A DNA stretch of 45,731 nucleotides from positions 1 through 45,731 of the forward strand of contig DASTEQ010000184.1 of NCBI GenBank assembly GCA_035709505.1, written 5' to 3'. Below the pieces are notes generated by a model. That model searched no databases. It was not told where the DNA came from and saw only the letters and a list, made by a program, of their open reading frames with translations. The translations under genes were made by a program, and so were the position numbers. Source of the stretch: Candidatus Limnocylindria bacterium (GTDB taxonomy: Bacteria > Chloroflexota > Limnocylindria > QHBO01). How positions within the stretch are numbered: the first letter of the stretch is position 1; every line of letters starts with the position of its first letter. Of this stretch, positions 9,317-18,295 are shown in pieces.

Positions 9317-10968
9317 CCGCGGTCAACCGCGCCACCTCTCCGCCGCCTCCCGCCGCCGAGGCCCGTCCCCGGCCTGCCCCGACTCCGGTGCGAGTCACCC
9401 CCGAGACTGAGCTCACCCTGCTCCTCGACGTTGGCACCGCCTGGACCAAGGCGGCGCTCGTCGGCCGTGCCGGCGGCCGGTGGCGGATCGTGTCCGGCTC
9501 CGCGCAGCCGACCGCCTGGGGCGACGCGGTCCTGGTCGAGGACCTCGTCGGCCGCCTGATTCCGCATGCCGACACCCGCCTCCATCGGCGGTTGCCGCTC
9601 CTCGTCCGCGAAGCGCCACGGATCACCTGCCGCTCCCCGCAACGCCCCGGCCGGCTGGCGGTAGCCGCAGATACCACGTTCGGGCTCGACGCGGCAAGGG
9701 ACCTCGCGATCCGGAGCGGCTGGACGGTCGAGGCCGCCGTGGCCGGTGACGACCGTCGCACCGATGCCGAACGCCTCGAGCTCCTGCGCACGCCGGAGAT
9801 CGACGCCTGGTTGGCGGTCCCGTCCCCGGGGGGAGGCATCGGTCCGCTCTGGGGACTCGTGGCGGCCGCCATCGGTCGGTCCCACGCCCGCGTCCTCGTC
9901 GTCGGTCGTCCCGAGGAGCTGGGCGGGCTCGTCCCGCTGTTCGGGACGCGAGCGGAGTCGGTCGCCGAGGGTCTCGACGAGCAGCTGATCGACGCCCTGC
10001 TGCGTCAGCTCACCTCCCTCAATCAGATGAACGAGCCCCGCACCGCCACCCCGGTCGCCTTCCGCCGGGGGATCGACGCGCTGGCTGCCGGCCTGGGTAT
10101 CACCGTCCTTGGGGTTGACCTGGGCGCGTCGTGGCTGTCTTGGCGCGAGAGCGGATCCCCTGGCCGCACGGCCGTCCTGGCCGGCAAATCCGCCCGCATC
10201 CTGCCGGCGGGCTCGCGGGCCGCAGCCGAGATCCTGCCGGCGGATGCCGACGAGTTCACAACGACCGACGCCATGGCCGGGCTTGCCGCGAGCCGCGCGG
10301 GCATTCCGGCGACCTCGATGGAGCTCGCGATCGCCCAGGCCGTGGGCATCGACCGGCTCGCAGCCGCACGACACCTGCAGGGCGGTGGCCCGGCCGTGGA
10401 TCTGCTCGTGGGCGGCGGGCGGCTGCTGGCAGCGGCGCCGCACCCCGCCGACGCCGCGCTCGTCATGCTCGACGGGCTGCGCCCACCGGGCGTCACGCAG
10501 CTGGCGATCGACCCATGGGGGATCTGCGGGCCGCTCGGCGCGCTGGCTGACGACGACGTGAACGAGGGTCTCGAAACCCTCCGTGATGATCTCCTTGTCC
10601 CGCTGGGCACCGCCGTCCGCTCGGAGGGGGGCCAACCCGGTCAGCTGGCGTTCCGGGCGCGCCTGCACCGTCCTGGCTGGCCGGACATTCCGGCGGTCGA
10701 GGTCCGCGCGGGGTCGGTGGCGGTCCTCCCTCTCGAGCGCGGAGGGTCGGGCGATCTCGAGCTCGAGCTCGAGCGTGGCGTCTCCATCGGATCACCGACT
10801 CGCGGACTGCGACTCCGGGCGGCGGTCATCGGCGGGGCGGTGGGCATCATTCTTGACGCTCGGGGTGACCCGATCCAGCTCCCGGCCCGCCCCGGCGACG
10901 CCCGGACCATGATCCAGACCTGGCGGGACGCGCTTCGGCGCGATCCGCGCGCGGGAGGTGGCGGATGA
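9313..10968 (+). CDS. Uncharacterised protein, possibly ASKHA-fold (GlmL/MutL-like) ATPase
   Basis: There are ATGA overlaps with alr (9313-9316) and with the next ORF (10965-10968). Two strand-turn-strand motifs resemble ASKHA phosphate loops: LLLDVGTAWTKAALV near the N-terminus and VLGVDLGASWLSW about 230 aa later. A later LLVGGGR segment is also present. No family can be assigned confidently by eye. Confidence 0.6.
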   Translation: MTAVNRATSPPPPAAEARPRPAPTPVRVTPETELTLLLDVGTAWTKAALVGRAGGRWRIVSGSAQPTAWGDAVLVEDLVGRLIPHADTRLHRRLPLLVREAPRITCRSPQRPGRLAVAADTTFGLDAARDLAIRSGWTVEAAVAGDDRRTDAERLELLRTPEIDAWLAVPSPGGGIGPLWGLVAAAIGRSHARVLVVGRPEELGGLVPLFGTRAESVAEGLDEQLIDALLRQLTSLNQMNEPRTATPVAFRRGIDALAAGLGITVLGVDLGASWLSWRESGSPGRTAVLAGKSARILPAGSRAAAEILPADADEFTTTDAMAGLAASRAGIPATSMELAIAQAVGIDRLAAARHLQGGGPAVDLLVGGGRLLAAAPHPADAALVMLDGLRPPGVTQLAIDPWGICGPLGALADDDVNEGLETLRDDLLVPLGTAVRSEGGQPGQLAFRARLHRPGWPDIPAVEVRAGSVAVLPLERGGSGDLELELERGVSIGSPTRGLRLRAAVIGGAVGIILDARGDPIQLPARPGDARTMIQTWRDALRRDPRAGGGG

Positions 10969-12002
10969 CCGTCGCCGTCCCGTATCGCCATCGCGTCCGC
11001 CTGCCCTCCGGCGCCGAGCCGGTAGTGTCGGTGGGCGACGAGGTCCTGCCAGGGGATGCGGTCGCGACTATCGCCCGTCCGTCGGCCACCCAGACGGTTT
11101 CGCTCGCCCGACCTCTGCGTCGCCGGAAGCCGGAGGTCGTCGATCTCCTGCTGGTGACACCGGGGACGCGGGTCCGGGCCGACCAGCCGATCGCGCGCAC
11201 TCCGGAGCGCGAGGTCCGTTCCCCGGCGAACGGCTACTTCCTCGCGTACGACCCGGCCCGGGGCAGTGCGCAGCTCCTGACAGTGGAGGACCCCGAGCCG
11301 ATCGTCAGCGACGTCCGTGGGGTCGTCATGGACGTCGATCCGGAGGCTGTCACCATCGCCGTCCCAGCCGTCGAGCTGCTCGGTGTGGGCGGCACCGGGC
11401 CGGCGGTACATGGCCCGATGACCCTCGCGGTCAGCCACCCCGAGACTCCGCTGGACCCGGCCATGATCGACGCCGATGCCGCGGGGCGGATCATCATCGG
11501 GGGATCGTGGGCCTCGGCCGAAGCGATCACTCGGGCTCGTGCGGTCGGCGTGGCCGGGATCGTGGTCGGTGGGCTCCATGCCCGCGACCTGGCGGATTTC
11601 GCTGGTCTCCAGCATCGTCGGAGCCTCCTCGGCACCGCCGCTCCACCCTTTGCCGTGCTGGCCCTCGACGGCTTCGGCCGATCCGGCATGGATCCAGCCC
11701 GGTTCGCTTGGTTGCAGGCCCACGCCGACCGATCCGTCACCATCCTCGGTGACCAGCGCCGCCTGCTCGTCTACGACGCCGCGCCGGCCCCGGAGCGCCT
11801 GATCCGGGCCGCGTTGGGGGATCGGGTGGTCATCGTGACCGGCCCCGGACGTGGGCAGGTCGGCCTGCTGCGCGAGGTTCCGAGCCAGCCGATGGCCATC
11901 GGCTCAGGGATCAGTGCTCACTGTGGCCTGGTCCGGCTGGACGCAGGGCGCACCGTGACCGTCGCCCTCGCCAACCTGGAGGCCAGCCCGCAGCCGTCCT
12001 GA
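10965..12002 (+). CDS. Uncharacterised protein with an N-terminal barrel-sandwich (lipoyl/biotinyl-like) motif and a C-terminal KOW-like motif
   Basis: It is translationally coupled to the preceding ORF. The N-terminal VSVGDEVLPGDAVATI resembles a hybrid-barrel hairpin. The C-terminal LGDRVVIVTGPGRGQVGLLREV fits the NusG-type KOW pattern GDxVxVxxGPxxGxxGxxxEV. tsaE lies 13 nt downstream. Confidence 0.6.
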   Translation: MTVAVPYRHRVRLPSGAEPVVSVGDEVLPGDAVATIARPSATQTVSLARPLRRRKPEVVDLLLVTPGTRVRADQPIARTPEREVRSPANGYFLAYDPARGSAQLLTVEDPEPIVSDVRGVVMDVDPEAVTIAVPAVELLGVGGTGPAVHGPMTLAVSHPETPLDPAMIDADAAGRIIIGGSWASAEAITRARAVGVAGIVVGGLHARDLADFAGLQHRRSLLGTAAPPFAVLALDGFGRSGMDPARFAWLQAHADRSVTILGDQRRLLVYDAAPAPERLIRAALGDRVVIVTGPGRGQVGLLREVPSQPMAIGSGISAHCGLVRLDAGRTVTVALANLEASPQPS

Positions 12003-12015
12003 GATACTCGGTCGC

Positions 12016-12516
12016 GTGACCGCGAGCGTGACGAAAACCCCAACCGCCGGCGACCTGCTTTCGGACTCCGCGGCGGCGACCCGGCGGATCGGCCGACGAT
12101 TGGGTCAGGCCGCGCTGCCGGGGACCACCGTGGCGCTCGTTGGACCACTGGGAGCGGGCAAGACCCAGCTCGCGAAAGGGCTGGCCGAGGGGCTCGGGGT
12201 TCGGAGCGTGGTCAACAGCCCGACGTTCATCATCGTCAACGAGCATGCTGGCCGCCTCCCGCTGTTCCACGTTGATGCCTACCGGCTGACCGATGCCGAC
12301 GAGGCCCGCGATGCCGGCGTCTTCGATGAGCGGCACGCGGAGGGCGTGACGGTCATCGAGTGGGCGGACCGCCTCGACGGCTGGTTGCCGTCGGACGTCC
12401 TGCGCATCGAGCTGGAGCTCGTCGACGGCTCACCGCACCATCGTCGCCTCCGCTGGCAGGCCGGTCCGCGGCACGCGGCTATGGCCCGTGGCATCGACCG
12501 GGGTGGTGCTTCGTGA
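12016..12516 (+). CDS. tsaE: tRNA t6A37 biosynthesis ATPase TsaE
   Basis: A P-loop (GPLGAGKTQLAKG) is present, with SPTFIIVNEH and LFHVDAYRL. Confidence 0.9.
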   Translation: MTASVTKTPTAGDLLSDSAAATRRIGRRLGQAALPGTTVALVGPLGAGKTQLAKGLAEGLGVRSVVNSPTFIIVNEHAGRLPLFHVDAYRLTDADEARDAGVFDERHAEGVTVIEWADRLDGWLPSDVLRIELELVDGSPHHRRLRWQAGPRHAAMARGIDRGGAS

Positions 12517-13148
12517 TCATCGGCCTCGACAGCGCCTCGCCCGACCAGTCGGTCGCGCTCGCGGATTCCTCCGGGGCGTTGCTTGCGGACGCGGCCTGGA
12601 GCACGCCACGCGGCCAGGGCAGCGAGCTCCTGCCCCGCATCCTGGGCCTGCTCGACGGGCGGGGTGCGGCCCTGGGCGATGTCCAGGGCGTGGCGGTCGG
12701 GCTTGGCCCCGGATCGTTCACGGGGTTGCGGGTCGGCCTGGCGCTGGCCAAAGGCCTCGCGGCAGGCCTTGGCATTCCGATCGTCGGAGTTCCAAGCCTC
12801 GACGCGTGGCTGGATGCGGTGCCCGAAGCGGCGGCCGCCCTGGTCCGCGCCGGCGCCGCCGAGGCGTGGGCGCGGTCGCGCGATGAGGTCGAACCGCGCC
12901 TGATCCCGTTCGACGCGATCACGGCCGAGGCCCGTGCCGTACGCCTGGTGGCGCCGCGCGAGCTCGCGGACGCGCTCGGCCTGAGCCATGCGACGCCCCC
13001 CGACCGGGCTGCGGCCGTGATTGTGAGACTCGCGGCGGGACGATTCGCGGCGGACGCGACGGACGATCTTGCGGCTCTCGAGCCGGTCTACCTGCGACCG
13101 CCGCGGGGCGTGGCCGAGGGAACGACGGTGCCGGTGACATGGCTCTGA
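12513..13148 (+). CDS. tsaB: tRNA t6A37 biosynthesis protein TsaB (YeaZ)
   Basis: The GTG at 12513 overlaps the tsaE stop (GTGA). The product contains IIGLDSAS…, GVAVGLGPGSFTGLRVGLALAKGLA and IPIVGVPSL. Confidence 0.85.
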   Translation: MIIGLDSASPDQSVALADSSGALLADAAWSTPRGQGSELLPRILGLLDGRGAALGDVQGVAVGLGPGSFTGLRVGLALAKGLAAGLGIPIVGVPSLDAWLDAVPEAAAALVRAGAAEAWARSRDEVEPRLIPFDAITAEARAVRLVAPRELADALGLSHATPPDRAAAVIVRLAAGRFAADATDDLAALEPVYLRPPRGVAEGTTVPVTWL

Positions 13149-13678
13149 CCGCCGCCGTCCGGGTGGCGCCGATGGGGCTCGACGACATTCCCGCCGTGCT
13201 AGAGATCGAGCAGGCGAGCTTCACCACGCCATGGCCACCGGAGGCATTCAACCAGGAGCTGCGTCACAACCGCCTGGCGCGGTACACGGTGGCGCGCCAG
13301 GGCGGCGCCGTGGTCGGATACGCCGGCGTGTGGCTCATGGTCGACGAGGCCCACATCACGACCTTTGCCGTGCACCCCGACTGGCGACGGCAGGGAGTGG
13401 GCAGCCGACTGCTGCTGGCCCTCCTGGTCGTGGCCGAGGAGCTCGGGGCGGACCGGATGACGCTCGAGGTCCGCGTGTCGAATGCAGCCGCGCAGGCGTT
13501 GTACCGAGCGCACGGCTTCGCCATCGCCGGGCGCCGAGAGCGGTACTACACCGATGACGGCGAGGATGCCTACATCATGACCACGCCGCGATTGACCAGT
13601 GCGGCCATGCGCGGGCCGATGGCCGCCGCCCGCCAGGCGGCGGCGGACGACGCAAAGGACGAGGCCGGCGACCGGTGA
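13139..13678 (+). CDS. rimI: Ribosomal-protein-alanine N-acetyltransferase (GNAT)
   Basis: A GNAT acetyl-CoA motif (VHPDWRRQGVGSRLL) is present, with …LEVRVSNAAAQALYRAHGF. It sits between tsaB and tsaD as in many bacteria. Confidence 0.85.
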   Translation: MALTAAVRVAPMGLDDIPAVLEIEQASFTTPWPPEAFNQELRHNRLARYTVARQGGAVVGYAGVWLMVDEAHITTFAVHPDWRRQGVGSRLLLALLVVAEELGADRMTLEVRVSNAAAQALYRAHGFAIAGRRERYYTDDGEDAYIMTTPRLTSAAMRGPMAAARQAAADDAKDEAGDR

Positions 13679-14712
13679 GCGACCCGCGCATCCTGGCCAT
13701 TGAGACCAGCTGCGACGAGACGGGCGTGGCGGTGGTGACCGGCGGTCGCCGAATCGAATCGAACGTCGTTGCCAGCCAGGTCGCCCTCCACGCCACGACG
13801 GGCGGCATCGTGCCCGAGGTCGCGGCACGCCAGCAGCTCCGCTGGATCGTTCCAAGCCTCGAATCGGCCCTGCGCGTGGCCGAGGTCGAATGGACTGACC
13901 TGGATGCCATCGCGGTCACTTACGGGCCTGGGCTCATCGGCTCACTGTTGGTGGGGGTCAATGTGGCCAAGGGCCTGGCGGCCAGCCACGGCCTGCCGCT
14001 CGTGCCGGTCAACCACATCGAGGGACACATCTATGCCAACTGGCTGACCGATAACGACGCTGTCCTCGAGCCGCCGGAGCCGCCATTTCCCCTGCTCTGC
14101 CTGATCGTGTCCGGTGGCCACACGCAGTTGGTGCTCATGGCCGATCACGGCCGGTACCGTCTCCTTGGGCAGACCGTGGACGATGCCGCCGGGGAGGCCT
14201 TCGACAAGGTCGGGCGTCTCCTCGGCCTGCCCTACCCGGGCGGGCCGGCCATCTCGGCAGCCGCCGTGGGCGCCGCGCCCGCAACCCGATTCCCCCTTGC
14301 TCGTCCCCGCGGGCGCTACGACTTCTCCTTCTCCGGCTTGAAGACCGCCGTCCTGCGCGAGGTGGACGGGTATCGGTCCCGAGGAGAGCCGATCCCGGTC
14401 GACGGCATCGCCGCCGCGTTCGAGCGGGCAGTGGTCGACCAGCTCGTGCGCCGCACGGTCGCGGCCGCCGAGGAGCACGACGTAGCTGCGGTGGCCCTCG
14501 GGGGTGGGGTCGCAGCCAACACGGCCCTCCGACGGACGCTCGCGGACCACCTCGGCGGGTTGCCCCTGCTCGTCCCGCCGCCCGCCTGGTGCACCGACAA
14601 CGGGGCGATGATCGGGGCCGCCGCCGCCCACCGGTTCGCAGCCGGGGAGCGGGCGGATCCGACGCTGGAGGCGATCCCATCCCTCGCGCTACCCTGGCTG
14701 GACGCGGCCTGA
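13675..14712 (+). CDS. tsaD: tRNA N6-adenosine threonylcarbamoyltransferase TsaD
   Basis: The product contains ILAIETSCDETGVAVV, VTYGPGLIGSLLVG, VNHIEGH and GGVAAN…. Confidence 0.95.
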   Translation: MSDPRILAIETSCDETGVAVVTGGRRIESNVVASQVALHATTGGIVPEVAARQQLRWIVPSLESALRVAEVEWTDLDAIAVTYGPGLIGSLLVGVNVAKGLAASHGLPLVPVNHIEGHIYANWLTDNDAVLEPPEPPFPLLCLIVSGGHTQLVLMADHGRYRLLGQTVDDAAGEAFDKVGRLLGLPYPGGPAISAAAVGAAPATRFPLARPRGRYDFSFSGLKTAVLREVDGYRSRGEPIPVDGIAAAFERAVVDQLVRRTVAAAEEHDVAAVALGGGVAANTALRRTLADHLGGLPLLVPPPAWCTDNGAMIGAAAAHRFAAGERADPTLEAIPSLALPWLDAA

Positions 14713-15590
14713 TGGGCGGTGCCACCGACGACGCGCTGCGCCCGCCCACGCCCGGGGAGCTGCGGCGGCTGCTCCGCCGGGAGGGCCTCCGTCCGCGACA
14801 TGGCCTTAGCCAGAACTTCCTGACCGACGAGGATGCCCTCGACACGATCCTGTCGGCCGCTGACCTTCATCCCGGCGACCGGGTGGTGGAGATCGGTCCC
14901 GGGCTCGGCGTTCTGACCAGGCGGCTGCTGGCCGCCGGCTGTGCGGTGGTGGCGATTGAAGTCGACCCCCACCTGGTCGGCTATCTCGGACGCGAGCTCG
15001 ACGATGCGCACGACCTGACCCTGGTCCACGACGACGCGCTGGCCGTCGATCCGGGGACGCTCTTCCCCGGTGAGCCGTATCGGCTCGTCGCGAACATCCC
15101 GTACCACATCACCAGCCCGCTGCTGCACCTGTTCCTCGGCTCGGACCACCCGCCGGAGCGGGCCGTCCTGCTCGTCCAGTCGGAGGTCGCCGACCGCATC
15201 GCCTCGCCGCCTGGGGACATGAGCTACCTCTCGGTATTCGTCCAGGACCTGGCGGAGGCCAAGGTCGTGGCCCGCGTCCCGGCCAGCGCCTTCGAGCCGG
15301 CGCCCGAGGTCGACTCCGCGGTGCTGCGGCTGCTGGTGCGCGCGTCACCCGTCGTCCCGCCGGAAGAGCGCGACACGTTCCATCGTGTGGTTCAGGCCGC
15401 GTTCCGCCAGCGGCGGAAGCAGATCCACAACAGCCTCGTCCGCGAGCTGCCGGTCGACCGCGAGGCCGTCGAGCGAGCATTGGCCGACTGCGCGGTCACC
15501 GCGGACCGCCGGCCGCAGACCCTGTCCGTGGCCGAGTGGGCGTGCCTGGCCGCGGCCCTGCGGCCGAACCTTGAGCGAGCCGATGCCTGA
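14712..15590 (+). CDS. rsmA: 16S rRNA (adenine1518/1519-N6)-dimethyltransferase
   Basis: ATG 14712 overlaps the tsaD stop. The product contains LSQNFLTD, the SAM motif VVEIGPGLGVLT, and NIPYHITSPLL. Confidence 0.9.
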   Translation: MGGATDDALRPPTPGELRRLLRREGLRPRHGLSQNFLTDEDALDTILSAADLHPGDRVVEIGPGLGVLTRRLLAAGCAVVAIEVDPHLVGYLGRELDDAHDLTLVHDDALAVDPGTLFPGEPYRLVANIPYHITSPLLHLFLGSDHPPERAVLLVQSEVADRIASPPGDMSYLSVFVQDLAEAKVVARVPASAFEPAPEVDSAVLRLLVRASPVVPPEERDTFHRVVQAAFRQRRKQIHNSLVRELPVDREAVERALADCAVTADRRPQTLSVAEWACLAAALRPNLERADA

Positions 15591-16449
15591 TCGTGGGGAC
15601 CGGCTGCGGCTGGCGGCCCCGGCCAAGCTGAACCTTTGGCTGCGGGTCGTCGGTCGCCGGTCCGACAATTTCCACGAGCTGGAGTCGCTTCTCGTGCTTC
15701 TCGAGCTGGCAGACGGGCTGACCCTGGTCCCGGACGGCGCGGGGCTCACGGTCGAGGGCCCACATGCCACGAGCGTTCCCGACGAGGCCACGAACCTCGC
15801 GTGGCGTGGCTGGACGGTCGGCGTGCCGGGCGAGCCGAGCCACGAGCGGGATCATGGAGGCCTGGTCCTGGACAAGCACATCCCGGTCGCCGCCGGGCTC
15901 GGCGGCGGCTCATCGGACGCGGCCGCGGCTCGGCGCCTCGCGCGGCGGGCCTCGGGGGAGTCGGACGATCCACCGGACCAGGTGATCCTCGCCGCGCTCG
16001 CCGAGGTCGGAGCCGACGTCCCGTTTTTCGCGTCGCGCGCCGCGGCGGCACGGGTCGGCGGCATCGGCGAGATCGTGACGCCGCTGGAGGAGGGGCTCGT
16101 GCTGGAGGTGGTCCTCGTCCATCCACCGTTCAACCTGTCGACCGCGTCGGTCTTTGCTGAGCTCAGGCCCTCCGACTGGTCGACGGTGCAGGAGGGGCCC
16201 GAGACGAGTCCAGGGCGCAACGACCTGCTCCCGCCGGCAACGCGCCTGCGGCCCGAGCTCGACGACATCTTCCGCCTGGTGGCCGCGGCCGGGGGAGCTC
16301 CGTACCTCACCGGTTCGGGACCAACCGTGTTCGCCCTGACCGATGACCCGGAGCGGGCGGACGGCGTCGCTCGTCGGGTCGAACGGGCCGGCCTGGCGGC
16401 AACGCGGACCCGCCTGCGATCCGAACCGGCTAGCATCGAGTCGTGGTGA
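15583..16449 (+). CDS. ispE: 4-diphosphocytidyl-2-C-methyl-D-erythritol kinase
   Basis: ATG 15583 is in frame with ORF 15385..16449. The product contains APAKLNLWLRVVGRR…, the GHMP kinase loop PVAAGLGGGSSDAAA, and GSGPTVFAL. Confidence 0.9.
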   Translation: MPDRGDRLRLAAPAKLNLWLRVVGRRSDNFHELESLLVLLELADGLTLVPDGAGLTVEGPHATSVPDEATNLAWRGWTVGVPGEPSHERDHGGLVLDKHIPVAAGLGGGSSDAAAARRLARRASGESDDPPDQVILAALAEVGADVPFFASRAAAARVGGIGEIVTPLEEGLVLEVVLVHPPFNLSTASVFAELRPSDWSTVQEGPETSPGRNDLLPPATRLRPELDDIFRLVAAAGGAPYLTGSGPTVFALTDDPERADGVARRVERAGLAATRTRLRSEPASIESW

Positions 16450-16456
16450 GCCAGGC

Positions 16457-16858
16457 GTGAGCGGTCGGCACGCGATCCGCACCCAGAATGCCGGCGGAGC
16501 CATTGCCGCCTACAGCCAGGGCATGGCCGGTGCCGGGCTCGTCTTCACGGCAGGCAACCTGGGGGTGGACCCGGCCACCGGGGAGCTGGTCCCCGGCGGG
16601 GCTGGCCCGCAGACCGCGCGCGCCATCGCCAACCTGGCGGCCATTCTCGACGCTGCCGGATCGAGCCTGGACCGGGTCCTGAAGACGACCGTGTTCCTGG
16701 TCGATATGGACGACTTCGCCGCGATGAACGAGGCCTACGCGGCCGCCTTCCCGGAGCCGTACCCCGCGCGCACGACGGTCGCGGTCCGTGCCCTCCCGCG
16801 CGATGGCCGGGTCGAGATCGAGTGCATGGCGCTCGGGGGGGAAGTCGGCGCAAGTTGA
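16457..16858 (+). CDS. RidA/YjgF family reactive-intermediate deaminase
   Basis: A GTG lies at 16457. The product contains AYSQG…LVFTAGNLGVDPATGEL…, TTVFLVDMDDFAAMNEAY and PARTTVAV..LPRDGRVEIEC. Confidence 0.85.
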   Translation: MSGRHAIRTQNAGGAIAAYSQGMAGAGLVFTAGNLGVDPATGELVPGGAGPQTARAIANLAAILDAAGSSLDRVLKTTVFLVDMDDFAAMNEAYAAAFPEPYPARTTVAVRALPRDGRVEIECMALGGEVGAS

Positions 16859-16921
16859 CGCTCGTTCGAGCCCGCTTCTACCATCCTCACCTCTGATGCC
16901 GCCAACCAAGCGCCGATCGGC

Positions 16922-18295
16922 GTGAGCAGCCTCGCTGCCATCGTGCTGGCCGCTGGCCAGGGCACCCGGATGCGGTCACGACTCCCCAAGGTTCTCCACC
17001 CGTTGGCCGGCCGGCCGATGATCGACCACGTTCTTGCCCTGCTGGCCTCCGCGGAGGCTGATCCCGTGGTGGTCGTCACCGGGCACGGGGCCGAGGCCGT
17101 CGAGGCCGCGCTGAATGGCGCGGCAGTGGCGGTTCGCCAGGAACCCCAACGCGGAACGGCGGACGCAGTGAGGGTGGCCCTTCCGTCCATCCCCGAGGAC
17201 GTGAAGCAGGTCGTCGTGACGATGGCCGACGTGCCCTTGCTCCCGCCGGCCGTGGTGCAGGCTCTCGTCGGCGAGCAGGCCGCGAGCGGAGCGCCGATCG
17301 TGCTCCTCTCGGCTCGCGTGGCTGACCCCATTGGGTACGGGCGGATCGTGCGCGGCGACGACGGCAGCTGCCGGGCGATCGTCGAGGACGCGACCGCTGA
17401 CGCTGCCACGAAGGCCCTCGACGAGGTGAATGCCGGCACCTACTGCTTCGACGGTGCGTGGCTGCGGTCCAACGTCGGCCGCGTGCCACTCAGCCCGGCC
17501 GGTGAGCACTACCTGACCGACCTGGTCGGTCTGGCGACCGAAGACGGGCAGATCGTCCGGGTCGTGCCTGCCGAACGGCCAGAGCTCGCGATGGGGATCA
17601 ACGATCGGATCCAGCTGGCTGCCGCGGAGCGGCTGCTCCGGGCACGGATCGCGGAGGACCACATGCGGGCCGGGGTAACCATCGTGGACCCGGAGAGCAC
17701 CTTCATCGACGCCGCGGTGGAGATCGGCCAGGACGCGCGAATCGAGCCCTGGACCGTGCTCAGTGGGCGGACGGTCATCGGTCCCGAGTCGGTCATCGGT
17801 CCCGGCAGCCGGATCCGGGACAGCCGGATCGACGCCCGGGCGCACGTGTATGGCTCCTGGGTCGAGGAGTCGGAGGTCGGCGAGGGTGCGCATGTGGGAC
17901 CGATGAGCCACCTCCGACCGGGAAGCGTGGTCGGTGCCGGGTCCGAGATCGGGAACTACGCCGAGGTCAAGAAGAGCCGGCTCGGGGCCCGCGTGCGGCA
18001 GCACCACTTCAGCTACCTCGGCGACGCGCAGGTTGGCGACGACGTGAACATCGGTGCCGGAACGGTGACGGCCAACTTCGACGGCACGACCAAGCACGAG
18101 ACCGTGATCGGGGACGGGGCGTTCATCGGCGTCGACACCATGCTTCGGGCTCCGGTGACCGTCGGAGCCGGGGCGAAGACCGGCGCGGGCAGCGTCGTCA
18201 CGCGCGACGTGGCCCCCGGCAAGACGGTGGTCGGCGTCCCCGCCCGCCCGATCGAGCTGCGGCGCCGACGGGAGGGTGATCCGCCGGATGCCTGA
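16922..18295 (+). CDS. glmU: Bifunctional UDP-N-acetylglucosamine pyrophosphorylase / glucosamine-1-phosphate N-acetyltransferase
   Basis: The N-terminus has LAAGQGTRMRSRLPKVLHPLAGRPM. The C-terminal half has left-handed beta-helix hexapeptide repeats. Confidence 0.93.
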   Translation: MSSLAAIVLAAGQGTRMRSRLPKVLHPLAGRPMIDHVLALLASAEADPVVVVTGHGAEAVEAALNGAAVAVRQEPQRGTADAVRVALPSIPEDVKQVVVTMADVPLLPPAVVQALVGEQAASGAPIVLLSARVADPIGYGRIVRGDDGSCRAIVEDATADAATKALDEVNAGTYCFDGAWLRSNVGRVPLSPAGEHYLTDLVGLATEDGQIVRVVPAERPELAMGINDRIQLAAAERLLRARIAEDHMRAGVTIVDPESTFIDAAVEIGQDARIEPWTVLSGRTVIGPESVIGPGSRIRDSRIDARAHVYGSWVEESEVGEGAHVGPMSHLRPGSVVGAGSEIGNYAEVKKSRLGARVRQHHFSYLGDAQVGDDVNIGAGTVTANFDGTTKHETVIGDGAFIGVDTMLRAPVTVGAGAKTGAGSVVTRDVAPGKTVVGVPARPIELRRRREGDPPDA

